Origin: Pseudomonadota bacterium
GTDB taxonomy: Bacteria; Bdellovibrionota_G; JALEGL01; DATDPG01
Direction: 5' to 3'
NCBI GenBank assembly: GCA_043809315.1
Contig: JAZDDX010000007.1
Location: forward strand, 1-64,000
DNA length: 64,000 nucleotides
The stretch's first letter is position 1. Each line of letters begins with the position of its first letter. Of the stretch, positions 18,412-29,002 are shown piece by piece. The position numbers were made by a program, and so were the translations under genes. Under the pieces are notes generated by a model. That model was not told where the DNA came from. It was given only the letters and a program-made list of their open reading frames with translations, and ran no database searches.

Positions 18412-18505
18412 TGGCGGAGAGGGCGGGATTCGAACCCGCGAGACGCTGTTTAGGACGTCTACCCGCTTTCCAGGCGAGCTCCTTCAACCACTCGGACACC
18501 TCTCC
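18412..18505 (-). tRNA. tRNA-Ser(GGA)
   Basis: GGAGAGGTGTCCGAGTGG...CTCGC-CT GGA AA-GCGGG, long variable arm, TTCGAATCC, CCA. Confidence 0.95.
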
Positions 18506-18557
18506 GCAAGAGTCGACCGCGTCTTGTTACGTGAAATAGGTCGGGTCGACAAGTTGA

Positions 18558-19196
18558 TCAGATGTACTTCTCGATCGTCTTCAGGATGTCGATCCGGTCG
18601 ATCAGATCGGTGATGTAGTCGAGGCGGTCGCTCTCGAGAACGAGCGTCGGCGATCGCTTGTACGAAGCGAACCAGCTTTCGTAGAGGCGGTTGAGCGCCC
18701 GGAGATAGGTGACCGGGATCTGCTGCTCCTCCGGGCGGGCCCGGATCTTGATCCGCTTCCGGATCGTCCGGATCGAAGCTCGCAGATAGATGAGGAGGTC
18801 CGGCGGCTCGATCGCCCGGAGCGCCGTCTGATAGAAGTCCTGGTACAGCCCCCAGTCCCGCTTGTTGATGAACCCGCGCTGGTGGAGATTCGCCGCGAAG
18901 ATCTCGGCGTCCTCGAAGATCGTCCGGTCCTGGACCACCGTCTGGCGGGTCCGCCGCAGATCGAGATCCTGGTGGATCCGAAACTTCTGGGTGAGGAAAA
19001 AAAGCTGGGAGTGGAACGCCCAGCGTTTCATGTCGGCGTAAAAATCGACCAGGAAAGGGTTCCGCGCGTTCGGCTCGAAGAACGGCTCCACCTCGTACGT
19101 CCGGCAGATGAAATCGACGAGCGTACTCTTGCCGCACCCGATGTTTCCGGCAACAGCGATGTATGTCGGACGGCCCAAGCCGGACCAGTAAACCAC
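18558..19196 (-). CDS. Deoxynucleoside kinase
   Basis: IAVAGNIGCGKST P-loop, QDRTIFED, PDLLIYL; start uncertain. Confidence 0.9.
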   Translation of the reverse strand: MVYWSGLGRPTYIAVAGNIGCGKSTLVDFICRTYEVEPFFEPNARNPFLVDFYADMKRWAFHSQLFFLTQKFRIHQDLDLRRTRQTVVQDRTIFEDAEIFAANLHQRGFINKRDWGLYQDFYQTALRAIEPPDLLIYLRASIRTIRKRIKIRARPEEQQIPVTYLRALNRLYESWFASYKRSPTLVLESDRLDYITDLIDRIDILKTIEKYI

Positions 19197-19379
19197 AACC
19201 CACGCGAATCGGACAGTCTCCCCCTTGCCACCCCCGCCCCGGCGTGAGAGTCATGGGCTGTCAGGCTGATAAAAACTCCCGTGAACCGGACGAATGACCT
19301 CGAAATCCGCGACACAGTCCCGCTTCTGGTGATACCTTTGGCGTCGAACTTGAGCGCGTGATGAAGCGCCCATCGGCAT

Positions 19380-21011
19380 GTGATGATATTCCATCGTCAT
19401 CGTCTCACCGCCATAGCGTTCTTCGTCGGACTGACCCTTCTTTCATGTTCCAGAACCCAAGAACTCAAGAACGAATTGAACGTCTCCGTGTCCGGGGAGA
19501 TCAAATCGTTGGACCCGGCGCAGGCGACGGATGTTTATTCGCTCGACGCGCTCCAGCAGGTGTTCGAGGGGTTGTACGAGTTCGACTACCTCGCGCGGCC
19601 GTACCGTGTGCATCCGCTTCTGGCCGAATCGGATCCGGTGATTTCGGACGGAGGGAAAGAGTACCGGTTCAAGATCCGTGAGGGGATCCGTTTCCAGGAC
19701 GATCCGGCGTTCGGCGGAAAGCCCCGGTTCTTGAAGGCCTCCGATTTCGTCGATTCGTACAAGAGAATCTTCGATCCACACCTCGCCTCGCCGAACCGTT
19801 GGGCGCTCGCACGGGTCGCCGATCTTTCGGTCCCCGACGATCGGACGCTCGTCATCCGCCTGACGCGCCCCTGGCTCCGCTTCCCATACGCACTCGCGAT
19901 CCCGGCGTTGGGGGTGATGGCTCGCGAGGTAGTGGAGAAATATGGCCCGGAGATCGTCTCCCATCCGGTCGGGACGGGACCGTTCGCGCTCAAGGAGTGG
20001 GTCCGGGGACAACGTCTCCGGTTCGTCCGGAACCCGACCTACTGGGGCGGGATTTCCACGCCCCCTCTTCCGCTCGTGAACCAGCTCACGATTTCGATCT
20101 TCAACGAGACGCAACCCCGCTGGCTCAACTTCCTGAAAGGAAACCTCGATCTCGTGCCGATCCCGACCGAGGCGTATTCCTCCTCGATCCGGGATCGGCA
20201 GTTGTCGGAGGAGTTGGCTGCCAAACGGGTCCATCTCGATCGATCGGACCGCCTCATGATTGCGTACCTCGCGTTCAATCTCGACGACCCCGTGATTGGG
20301 AAGAACCTGACCCTTCGGCGCGCGATCAGCCAGGCGATCAACCGTGCGGCGAAGATCGAAGTGGTCGATAACGGACGGGGAACGGTGGCCAACGGGCCGA
20401 TCCCTCCCGGCCTGTTCGGATTCGATCCCTCCCTCAGAGATCCGAACGGCTACGATCCCGAGGGGGCGCGCAAATCGATCGCCAAGCTCGGAAAGAAGAT
20501 CCCGGAACTCTATTACGACCGCGCTGAAAACCCGTATCAGCGACACATCTTCGAGCTGATCGCGGGGGACCTCGCGAAGATTGGAATCACTCTAAAACCC
20601 CGGAGTTGGACCTTTCCGCAACTGCTGGAGCGGATCAACCGACGCGACTTTCAGATGGCCTACCTCGAGTGGGTCGGTGACTACCCCGATCCGGAGAATT
20701 TCCTCCAGCCGCTCTGGGGAGGGAATGTCGGGGGTCAGAACCGAGCCGGGTTCAGAAACGCGGAGTTCGACGCCCTGTATGAAAAAGTGCGTGATTTACC
20801 GGACGGCTCTGAACGTCTCACGGTCATTCGGAAGATGAATGAGATCCTCCACGCGAACATCCCCTGGGTTTTCTTGAACTACGGCGTCGACTATTTTCTC
20901 CATCACGATTGGGTTCAGAACTACCGGCGGAACCAGATGGCCACCGGTTCGTACAAGTACGTCGGCGTCGATCTCGAGAAGAAGAAAGCCGCGCTACCGC
21001 TTCTGAAGTAG
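19380..21011 (+). CDS. ABC transporter substrate-binding lipoprotein (family 5, OppA/DppA-like)
   Basis: Lipobox LLSC; SLDPAQ, PVGTGPF, LRRAISQAINR, DYPDPENFL. Confidence 0.9.
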   Translation: MMIFHRHRLTAIAFFVGLTLLSCSRTQELKNELNVSVSGEIKSLDPAQATDVYSLDALQQVFEGLYEFDYLARPYRVHPLLAESDPVISDGGKEYRFKIREGIRFQDDPAFGGKPRFLKASDFVDSYKRIFDPHLASPNRWALARVADLSVPDDRTLVIRLTRPWLRFPYALAIPALGVMAREVVEKYGPEIVSHPVGTGPFALKEWVRGQRLRFVRNPTYWGGISTPPLPLVNQLTISIFNETQPRWLNFLKGNLDLVPIPTEAYSSSIRDRQLSEELAAKRVHLDRSDRLMIAYLAFNLDDPVIGKNLTLRRAISQAINRAAKIEVVDNGRGTVANGPIPPGLFGFDPSLRDPNGYDPEGARKSIAKLGKKIPELYYDRAENPYQRHIFELIAGDLAKIGITLKPRSWTFPQLLERINRRDFQMAYLEWVGDYPDPENFLQPLWGGNVGGQNRAGFRNAEFDALYEKVRDLPDGSERLTVIRKMNEILHANIPWVFLNYGVDYFLHHDWVQNYRRNQMATGSYKYVGVDLEKKKAALPLLK

Positions 21012-23246
21012 AGAAAGCTCCTCGATCAGATTCGGAGCCCTCCCCTTTCTGATTAGATATTCGAGTACCGGCCGATCGAGGGTGTTGATCGGTGGCTTTC
21101 GGAAGTTGAGAGCCTCCGCCACCGCACGTTCGTCCAGAAGGCGATGGGAAAGAAACTGGTCGACGGTCTGGATCCGATAGGGGGTCGTCACAGGGGAAGG
21201 ACGTTGACGCATCCGTTTCTCGATCTTCTTTCGATCGAGGGGGGGGTCTCGATCGCTCCCGAAGAAGAAGAAATAGGGGGCTTCCGGCGTCGTCCAAACC
21301 GAAAGATGAGGGTAAACGCTCTGCAAACTCGATAGCGCCGAAAAAAATGCGGCGGCGTTGATGTGTGCCGGGAAGGCCCAGAAGATGATCATCCCCCCCG
21401 GCCGCAGTTTCTTCCGGACGATCTCCACGAACTCCCGCGTGTAGAGGCGGGCGGCACTCGGCAGTTTCGGAGTGAACGCGGTCACGGCGACCACGTCGTA
21501 GGTCTGAGAAGTATATTTGAGGTAGTTGAAGCCGTCGTCGACGACCACGCGAACTTTCGGGGAATCCAGGACGTGGTCGTTGTACGAGGCGAACAGGGTC
21601 CGCCCCGCGACGACCGCCTCCTCCATGATCTCGATGATGTCGACATTCCGAACCGCGGGATTCCGCGCGAAGTGGGAGGCGGTGGCGCCGGCCCCGAAAC
21701 CGATTACGGCGACCCGTTCGGGAGCCGGATGGAGAAGGAGCGGAAGATATGCGCTCATCTCGCCGTTCGCCGCCTGTTTCGGGGCGGCCCCTCCGGACCA
21801 GATCCCCCCCATCCGGATCCGGATCCCATCCTCTATTTGAAATGCCAAGTAGATCCCCGAGCGGTCTTCTCCGTAATAAAGAACGGGCCGGTTATCCAGA
21901 TTCATCAGCTTCACCAGAATCTTTCCGGGGCTTACGAAAAGAATTCCGAACAGCCCCAGAAGAACGGCCCCGGCAACGACCGGGGAACGGGGCAACCTCT
22001 TCTGTCGCCATTCCGAAACCAATAGAGCCAGGCCGAGACTAATCCCAAGAACCACCATCCCTTTGATGGTCCGCTCGCTTCCGATCGACGGGATCAGGAG
22101 AAATCCGCACACCAGCGGACCGAGGACTCCGCCGATCGTGTTGATCGCATACGCACGCCCCACCGATCCCCCAACGGCTTTCCAGGTCGAGGTGACCAGA
22201 GAACACGACAGAGGGAATGAATATCCGAACACGAGAGCGGGAATCCCGACCAGAAACGCCGCCTTGGCCGCCTCGTTGAGAAGGAAGTTCCACGGAATCC
22301 AGAGCTGCGCGAAGAGGCGATTCCAAGCGAGAAGCCAAAACAGACAGTAGACACTCGCCGCCACGACGATCTGCAGGATCCCCAAGGCGGCGGTCTTGTT
22401 CGAAAGACGGCGCTCGGTCTTCGCATGGAGGAATCCCCCTCCGGCGATCCCTCCCAGGAATACCGCGAGAACGATCGTAAACGACTTCATGTCCATCCCG
22501 GAGGGGAAGATGAAGGCGAGAACACGCGTCCAGATCAACTCGTACGAAAGAGCGGTGAAGCCAGAGATGAAAATGACGGACAGCAACAGTGCGGATGCAG
22601 GCGGTCTGGGTTCGTCGGTTCGAACGGCGGGTTCCACGGATTCCTTGGAACGCATTTGATGGAGAAGGAGTGCGATCCCGGCGATTACTAGATTGGTCGC
22701 GCAGGCCAGGTGAAGGGTGTAGCGAACGCCCAAATATCTCAACAGGAGGAACCCGGTTAGAATCGTACCCCCCATTCCTCCCAGGGTGTTGATGCCGTAG
22801 ATCAACCCGAGCGTACGATCGGTTTCTTCCGGACGTCGGACCATCGCCCGAACGACGACGGGGAATGTGGCCCCCATCAAGAAGGTGGGAATCAAGATGG
22901 CAAATCCGCTGATCGTGAACCGCGTGAGGAGAAGACGAAGGGAGGTTGGATCTCCCGATGCATACAGCGACGCGATCCAAGGCTCAAAGACATTCAGAAG
23001 AAAGGGAACGAAGAATGCCGACACTCCGATCGCCGCTTCGACGCCGGCGTAAAAGAGCAGCGGACGGCGGACACGGTCGGCGACGTTGCCAAAAACAAAA
23101 GAGCCGAGCGCGAGCCCCCCCATGAAGACGGCGACCACGACCGCCACCGCCTGCGTGGAGTCGCCGAACAGGACGGAGAGCATCCGCCCCCAAACGAGCT
23201 GATACGCCAGAGCGCTGGCGCCGGAGAGAAAGACAAGGGTCAGCAC
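20994..23246 (-). CDS. Fused MFS-like/spermidine synthase membrane protein
   Basis: SG..ALAYQLVW, GATFP, YGINTLG repeats; VIGFGAG, DDGFNYL SAM-binding domain. The GTG start at 23246 lies just past the att copy. Confidence 0.88.
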   Translation of the reverse strand: MLTLVFLSGASALAYQLVWGRMLSVLFGDSTQAVAVVVAVFMGGLALGSFVFGNVADRVRRPLLFYAGVEAAIGVSAFFVPFLLNVFEPWIASLYASGDPTSLRLLLTRFTISGFAILIPTFLMGATFPVVVRAMVRRPEETDRTLGLIYGINTLGGMGGTILTGFLLLRYLGVRYTLHLACATNLVIAGIALLLHQMRSKESVEPAVRTDEPRPPASALLLSVIFISGFTALSYELIWTRVLAFIFPSGMDMKSFTIVLAVFLGGIAGGGFLHAKTERRLSNKTAALGILQIVVAASVYCLFWLLAWNRLFAQLWIPWNFLLNEAAKAAFLVGIPALVFGYSFPLSCSLVTSTWKAVGGSVGRAYAINTIGGVLGPLVCGFLLIPSIGSERTIKGMVVLGISLGLALLVSEWRQKRLPRSPVVAGAVLLGLFGILFVSPGKILVKLMNLDNRPVLYYGEDRSGIYLAFQIEDGIRIRMGGIWSGGAAPKQAANGEMSAYLPLLLHPAPERVAVIGFGAGATASHFARNPAVRNVDIIEIMEEAVVAGRTLFASYNDHVLDSPKVRVVVDDGFNYLKYTSQTYDVVAVTAFTPKLPSAARLYTREFVEIVRKKLRPGGMIIFWAFPAHINAAAFFSALSSLQSVYPHLSVWTTPEAPYFFFFGSDRDPPLDRKKIEKRMRQRPSPVTTPYRIQTVDQFLSHRLLDERAVAEALNFRKPPINTLDRPVLEYLIRKGRAPNLIEELSLLQKR

Positions 23247-23262
23247 CGCAGCAATCCTACCA

Positions 23263-23279
23263 TGGCGGAGGAGGAGGGA
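23263..23279 (-). repeat. att direct repeat: tRNA-Ser(TGA) 3' end copy
   Basis: TGGCGGAGGAGGAGGGA, identical to 29003-29019 and 38219-38235. Confidence 0.8.
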
Positions 23280-23366
23280 GGCTTTAAGAAGACCGAACAG
23301 TTTTTGTTGCAATGCAATAATCGCGGAGTTAGGTTCCGTTTCGATTTCTTCTTCAGGAGGTTGTTG

Positions 23367-25548
23367 ATGAAACGGAGTCTCCTTTTCGCAATTCTTTTCC
23401 TGATCCCTGCCCAGGTCCGAGCCGACGCGATGTATCTCCCGATCAAGGGGCAGATGCCCCTCGAGGAGATGAAGCGGATCGGGTTGACCGTTCCGCCGGA
23501 ACGGATCGAAGCGCTGGTGAAAACGGCCGTGGGTGTGCTTCAGTGGCCGAGCGGAGGCTGCACGGCAACGTTCCTCTCGAAGGACGGCCTGCTCGGGACG
23601 AACTCTCACTGCGCCGATTTCTGCGCCTCCGCGATTCAAGCCGAGTCGCTCAAACAGAAGGGCCCCCACTCGGACCTCGTCACGGAAGGGTACGTTGCGG
23701 CGAACGAGGGTCAGGAGATCGTATGCCCGAACTACGAGTTCCGCGTCCCGTTCGAAGTCCAGAACGTCTCGAAACAGTTCGCGGACCTGGAACGGAACCA
23801 AGACTTGAGCCCCAAGGAATGGGCGGAGAAGGTCCGGTACCGAAGGGAGGAACTCCGGGAGAAGTGCCGGGGGAGTTCGAAAGAGATCGTCTGCGACGTC
23901 GTCCGGATGAACACCGGGGCGAAACCGTACGTCCTATATAAATACCGCCGGTACACCGATCTCCGCCTGGTTTGGTTTCCGCCGGACGTGATCGGCGAGT
24001 TCGGAGGGGAGACCGACAATTGGGAATACCCGCGCCACACGGGAGACTTCAGCTTCCTGCGCGTCTACCAGGGGAACCAACCGTTCCGCCCGGCGACATA
24101 CGCCCGCGCTTCCGCCTCAGGCATCAAGCCCGGCGACCCGCAGTTCATCCTCGGATACCCGGGGGCCACGCAACGGAACATCACATCGTTCGAAGTGGAG
24201 TGGATGGCCAAACAAAATCTGCCTCTCATGGGGGACGTCTCCCAGACGCTGATGGACACTTTGATGTCGATCTACCCGAACCCGCAACAAGGACCGTACG
24301 GGAACGCCTACCGCTACCTGGCGAACTTCGCCAAGAACTTCCCGCGGAAGGCGGAGATGATACGGACATCGAATGTCGTCGCCGAGAAACGGACGGAGGA
24401 GGAGACGGTTCGCGATCGCGCGAATCTCGACCGCCTGGGTACGATTTTCCACGATCTCTACAGCTATTATCCGACAATATTACTTTCTCACGTTCCTGAC
24501 CGGGCGGACCTTCCCCGTCAAGAGCTTCGTAGCCGCCAACTACATCTACCAATGGAGTACGCAGCCGCCGGACGACAAGGATCGGGGGGACGAGCGTTTC
24601 AAGAGCTGGAACAAGGCGAACATCGAGTCACAGATCCGGAAGTCTGACAATTACGGGACGCTCGAGGGGGAGAAGGTCTTGATGGCCAAGTATTTCGAGA
24701 TGGCCGCTTCGAAATCGATCCGGATTCGGGCGTTCGACAAGCTCGCGGAGAAAGCCCGGGAGATGCCGGGATCGGGATCGATCTACGAAAAGATGGCGGA
24801 TCGGCTCTACTCCAACGCGTACACGATAGCGGCCAACGACACCCCCAACGAACGGACCCGGGCTTCGGACGTGCGAATGCGGATGTTCCATTACTTTTCC
24901 CCGGCTTCCGTGGAGGCCTCGGGGGACACGCTCGTGGAATTCGCGGTCGACGTGGTCAAAGAATTGGAAGAGATGCGTTCCGGCGTGGCGGAAGCGTTCG
25001 CCTACGAGAAGGATCGCGTGAACTATCTTCAGAATCAGGCGATGGGGGTCAAATACCCGGATGCCAACGGGACGGTTCGTTTCGTGGTCAGCACCGTGCA
25101 AAATGAGTACGAGCCGGTCTACAAGACCGGGACCTTCCCGTTCGTGACCACGCTCAGCAGCATGGTCGCGCGGGATCGGTTCGTGACGAAGGGGCCGGAC
25201 GCGGAGCTGTTCGTTGTCCCCGAGATCCTCAAAAAGGCGGTGCCGTGGCTCATGACGTACCGGTCGAGGTGGTACTACGACCTGAGTGTCGGGAACATCC
25301 CGATCAACTTCATCACGCACCACGTGATCACCGGCGGGATGTCCGGGAGCAGTGTCTTCGACAACAAAGGAGAGGTGGTGGGGTTCGCCTTCGACGGAAC
25401 CCCCGAATCGATCCTGGACGACGTCTGGCTTCACCCCGCGTCGCGCGCGATCATCCTAGATATGCGCTTCATCGGATTCCTGGGGAACGTGGCGTTTCCC
25501 GCGGCCAAGCGCGTGATCCGGGAGATGGGGCTTCCGGTCGACCGGTAG
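23367..25548 (+). pseudogene. S46 family dipeptidyl peptidase (DPP7/DPP11-like), split by a +1 frameshift near 24474
   Basis: GGCTATF, TNSHC, FGGETDNWEYPRHTGDF in ORF 23262-24647; YPDAN.T.R, ITGGMSGS, AFDG in ORF 24373-25548. Confidence 0.85.
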
Positions 25549-25565
25549 CAATTCGGACTCGACGC

Positions 25566-26627
25566 TTATTTAAAATGCTTGTCGAGCAGCGCTTGATCGC
25601 GCTCACCATCCGGAGTTTTACTCTCGCGGGGTGGACAGATATCGGCCACTTCTTTCAGGATCGCCACTCGCTCCGACGCAAACCACCCGTCGTTGAGTTG
25701 AATCCCGAACCTCCGTTCCAGCAACCGGAAATAGGGAGAGGAAGCAACCACCCATTCAGGACTATCTAAATACTTGAGAAGCTCCTGATACGCCTCCTCA
25801 TACGCCTCCTCCTGACGGTTCAATTGATTATCCAGGACGGAATCTGCTAGATGACGCGTCTTTTCCTTCTGCCCTCGTACGAAATTGCCCAGCTTCTGGA
25901 CCATCATTCGGTTCACAGCGTCGTGAGCCAAGTCAAACGAATACGAAATTCTTCCCAAGGGATCTTTTTTCGGGGCTGGATCCTTGACGTAAAACGGAAG
26001 AGACTGAACGAAGTGAAGCATGGTTACCATATCGGAAAACGTCTCCAGATTCGTGAAATCCACCCTAGAGACCGCTTGTTCGATCAATCCGTGGATTTTC
26101 TCGTACATCTTTTCCCAGCCGATCGGCTCCCCATTCCAAAGATATTTTTCGTTTAGAGCCTGTTCCTTCGGCATCGGAAACGGGAACGGATGTTCGGCAG
26201 ATTCGATCTTGAAAACTCCCCCGATGGCATCCTGAAATTTCACGACCCCAACTTTCTTTTCCTCGGCCGCAACGCGGAGTAGCTCCATCGTGTGTTTGGC
26301 AACAGGATATCCCTGCCTTCCAATCACCTGGAATTTCCAAAAATCTTTTTTCCCGGCGAGAAAGTCTCTGCGATCGAACTCAAAATAGATTTCAACGTGG
26401 TGGGCATAGATATGGTCCTCCACCCCCAACCCCCACTTATTCTTTTCTCCGATCACGACGTCACTCTTGCCGGGATCCAGAAGAAGCGTCAGCCGTCCGG
26501 AGAGAACCTCGGGCAGCAGCGATTGGATTTCCTCCTCGTCATCCGGAGGAGAAAACGTTGCAGCGGTCCCCGTCTGTACCATGGGCCCGGCCAACAAGAT
26601 CGAGATCCAAAGAACTTGGTTTTTCAT
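25566..26627 (-). CDS. Hypothetical secreted protein
   Basis: Signal peptide MKNQVLWISILL..., RBS GGAGG; no recognised motif. Confidence 0.65.
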   Translation of the reverse strand: MKNQVLWISILLAGPMVQTGTAATFSPPDDEEEIQSLLPEVLSGRLTLLLDPGKSDVVIGEKNKWGLGVEDHIYAHHVEIYFEFDRRDFLAGKKDFWKFQVIGRQGYPVAKHTMELLRVAAEEKKVGVVKFQDAIGGVFKIESAEHPFPFPMPKEQALNEKYLWNGEPIGWEKMYEKIHGLIEQAVSRVDFTNLETFSDMVTMLHFVQSLPFYVKDPAPKKDPLGRISYSFDLAHDAVNRMMVQKLGNFVRGQKEKTRHLADSVLDNQLNRQEEAYEEAYQELLKYLDSPEWVVASSPYFRLLERRFGIQLNDGWFASERVAILKEVADICPPRESKTPDGERDQALLDKHFK

Positions 26628-26653
26628 GTTCGCAAACCCTCCCCGTCTTTCCT

Positions 26654-27538
26654 TCATGGGATTCTGTACCCAATTCCAACTCTTGTGTCGGAGGAAGAAT
26701 AGTCGTAGCCCGGGCCGGGTCGACTGATCTGGAGAAACTGTCGGTTCCAGGTAAAAGAAATCGCCCAATCCTTCAAAATCAGATCGGCTCCGGCGGTCAC
26801 ACTAGCCATGTCATAGCCGTACGAAAAAAGCGGCTGTCCAAGACCCCAATACCCTCCGGCGTCAAACCGGAAGTCGACCACTCTCGCCCGCACATGAATA
26901 TTTTCGGCAAATCGAATCAGCGGCGTCATCCCCACCCTCACTCCAATCACATGCATTCCCTGCACGTTCTGCCGTTTCCGTTCTTCGTCTTTCCACTTGA
27001 GATACTGGTATCCGAGAGCTTCGACGGCCACCCAAAGGAAGTCTTTCGCTCCTTCCATCCCAACCCCCCCTTCAATCGCACTGATTCGAAAGGACTCCTT
27101 ATCGGCCAGTGGAAGGCTCTTTTGGTATGTGACGGGGGCCACTTTGATCCAGGAAAGAAAATCCCGGCTCAACCCGTTTTTCTCATAAATGTAGGGCTCG
27201 AACTTGACGTTAGCAGCAACGACTCCCAGCGCGCCGTTTTCCCCTCTGCCGAGAGATAGATCCCCCGACACACGAACCAGGCTTTCCACAATTCCTCGTT
27301 TGCCCACCTCCGGTAGGCCAAGGAATTGCATCCGAAGAAAGAGAGGTTTTTCCCCCGTCTGAAAGTGTTGAATCCCGGCTTGAACCTGCATCTCCTGAAC
27401 CGGAAGTCCGTTTTCAGAGAGCGGGGCCGGATAAACCGAAAAAGAAGGATTGCCTGGGATCTGAGCTGCGGCCGTCTGGATTAACCAACAAGAGAGAAAG
27501 ACGATCCAAAAAAACGCGGGGACGAGGTTTCTTTTCAT
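26654..27538 (-). CDS. Hypothetical secreted, probable outer-membrane beta-barrel protein
   Basis: Signal peptide; amphipathic beta strands; C-terminal RVGIGYRIP. Confidence 0.6.
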   Translation of the reverse strand: MKRNLVPAFFWIVFLSCWLIQTAAAQIPGNPSFSVYPAPLSENGLPVQEMQVQAGIQHFQTGEKPLFLRMQFLGLPEVGKRGIVESLVRVSGDLSLGRGENGALGVVAANVKFEPYIYEKNGLSRDFLSWIKVAPVTYQKSLPLADKESFRISAIEGGVGMEGAKDFLWVAVEALGYQYLKWKDEERKRQNVQGMHVIGVRVGMTPLIRFAENIHVRARVVDFRFDAGGYWGLGQPLFSYGYDMASVTAGADLILKDWAISFTWNRQFLQISRPGPGYDYSSSDTRVGIGYRIP

Positions 27539-27692
27539 ATTCCCTCCCGACTTTATGTGCGCACTTCGGTCCCCTCTACCAGCAGGACAGTAACGCAATG
27601 CGACTTACCGCGGTGAGTGCTCCCTGTCAAGGGTGGCCCGAGATCGTTCCCGAGGGGGATTCCCGTGTAATCTTGTGGCGCTAGAAAGATTT

Positions 27693-27717
27693 TGGCAGGG
27701 GAGGAGGGATTCGAACC
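27693..27717 (-). repeat. Degenerate tRNA 3'-end copy (att scar)
   Basis: TGGCAGGGGAGGAGGGATTCGAACC, 23/25 identical to the tRNA-Ser(TGA) 3' end. Confidence 0.75.
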
Positions 27718-27736
27718 AGCCTGACAGCCGCGATTG

Positions 27737-27771
27737 AAAAAACCCCCGCGCCGCCCGGGGCGGCGCGGGGG
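27737..27771 (-). terminator. Rho-independent terminator for the protease gene
   Basis: 13-bp GC stem CCCCCGCGCCGCC/GGCGGCGCGGGGG followed by U6 on the minus strand. Confidence 0.85.
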
Positions 27772-27795
27772 AGGCTGTTTTAGATCACAGACCGC

Positions 27796-28869
27796 TTACT
27801 GCGCTACAATGGTGTCGGTCAGAATCACCCTGACCTTCTTCCCCTCCACCTTATCCGGAAGGCCGTCAGGACGCTGCCCTCGGGGCGATTCCACGTACAG
27901 AACGATCGCCGCCTCGACCGGGTTGTCCTCCGCCGCTCCGACGCCGACGCCCAAGACACCGGGATGGAGGAAAAACTCATTTTCATGGCGCTCTTTGATC
28001 CGTTTCGCTTCATCCACGTCGCTCTCGCCGGGCGTGACCCCTTGGAAGGCCGCCGCCATCGGCTCGATCCCGGCCAGGGTGGTGCCACCGCAGTTGTTCC
28101 CCGCAAACAAGAAGGTGTGGCTGTTCTTTACAAACGCGTTCACGACGTCCTGGATCGGGTTGTAGATCGTCGTGGAGTTGCTCCCGGCGTACAGAAGGCC
28201 GACCGGATTAGGGGTTCCGTCGTTCGATACTAGGAGCGAGCCCGAATCCCCCCCCGCGCTCATGTTCCCGGTCGCGATCTGGTTGGTATACAGGACGTTG
28301 AACTTCTTCCCTTTTCCGCAGCCCTGTTGGTACTGGATCTGGACCGTCATGCTGATCGACTGCACCGTGCCGGTCGTGAATCCGGTCGTGCGGCCGCTCT
28401 TCATGACCGGAAGCCCGATCGTTGCGGCCTGGATGTTGGAGCAAGGAACACCGACATCCAAGATCGTCCCGCTGGAATCCACCATGCCGGAACGCGCTTT
28501 CGAGAGAGCCGCATCCACGTTGGCTCCCAGGGGAATCACGTTGCCGATGAAGTCGCCGACGATGTTGCCGGTGGCGCGGCAGGAGCTGTCGATGAGGCCG
28601 GGTTGGAGCGTGTCCTCACCGGTCGCGGCGGCTCCCGAGCGGGCCAGGATGTGGTTGTTGCTCAGGATATGAAGCATGCCGTCATACAGCACGGCCGATC
28701 CGAGCGTTCCACCGCAACAAAACGCCTTGCTGCTGTCGTTCGCGCTTCCGCCCGATGTTCCCATCTTGACGGGCGGGGTTTGTTTCACTTGGTGCTGTGG
28801 GCCGCTGTCCGCAAATACCAAGCTGGTTGTGAAGAGAAGAAGAAGGGGTAAAGCTCTGAGAGGGTTCAT
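27796..28869 (-). CDS. Secreted trypsin-like (S1) serine protease
   Basis: Signal peptide; GTLG, LSNNH (His), VDAA (Asp), KSGRTTG, GGDSGS (Ser). Confidence 0.85.
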   Translation of the reverse strand: MNPLRALPLLLLFTTSLVFADSGPQHQVKQTPPVKMGTSGGSANDSSKAFCCGGTLGSAVLYDGMLHILSNNHILARSGAAATGEDTLQPGLIDSSCRATGNIVGDFIGNVIPLGANVDAALSKARSGMVDSSGTILDVGVPCSNIQAATIGLPVMKSGRTTGFTTGTVQSISMTVQIQYQQGCGKGKKFNVLYTNQIATGNMSAGGDSGSLLVSNDGTPNPVGLLYAGSNSTTIYNPIQDVVNAFVKNSHTFLFAGNNCGGTTLAGIEPMAAAFQGVTPGESDVDEAKRIKERHENEFFLHPGVLGVGVGAAEDNPVEAAIVLYVESPRGQRPDGLPDKVEGKKVRVILTDTIVAQ

Positions 28870-29002
28870 CGCTCTCCTCCATGGCGAAGGTTATCGAAAA
28901 AAAACCAGAGGCTGAACCGGCCCTTTACCACAGATCTTCCGAAACAAAAACCTCCCCGCCGCTTCCGTTCGGCCGAATGATTCCGAAGACTTAAAGAAGT
29001 GT

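Larger units (their letters stand above)
15388..18427. mobile_element. Island A: about 3-kb integrase-less element at tRNA-Ser(GGA) carrying AbiE
   Basis: att repeats; TGTTACCG tandem repeats at 15521-15540 and 18339-18356; both ends homologous to the ends of island C. Confidence 0.85.
23263..27717. mobile_element. Island E: old/degraded insertion at tRNA-Ser(TGA)
   Basis: Bounded by tRNA 3' copies at 23263 and 27693; no integrase or clear arm repeats. Confidence 0.55.
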
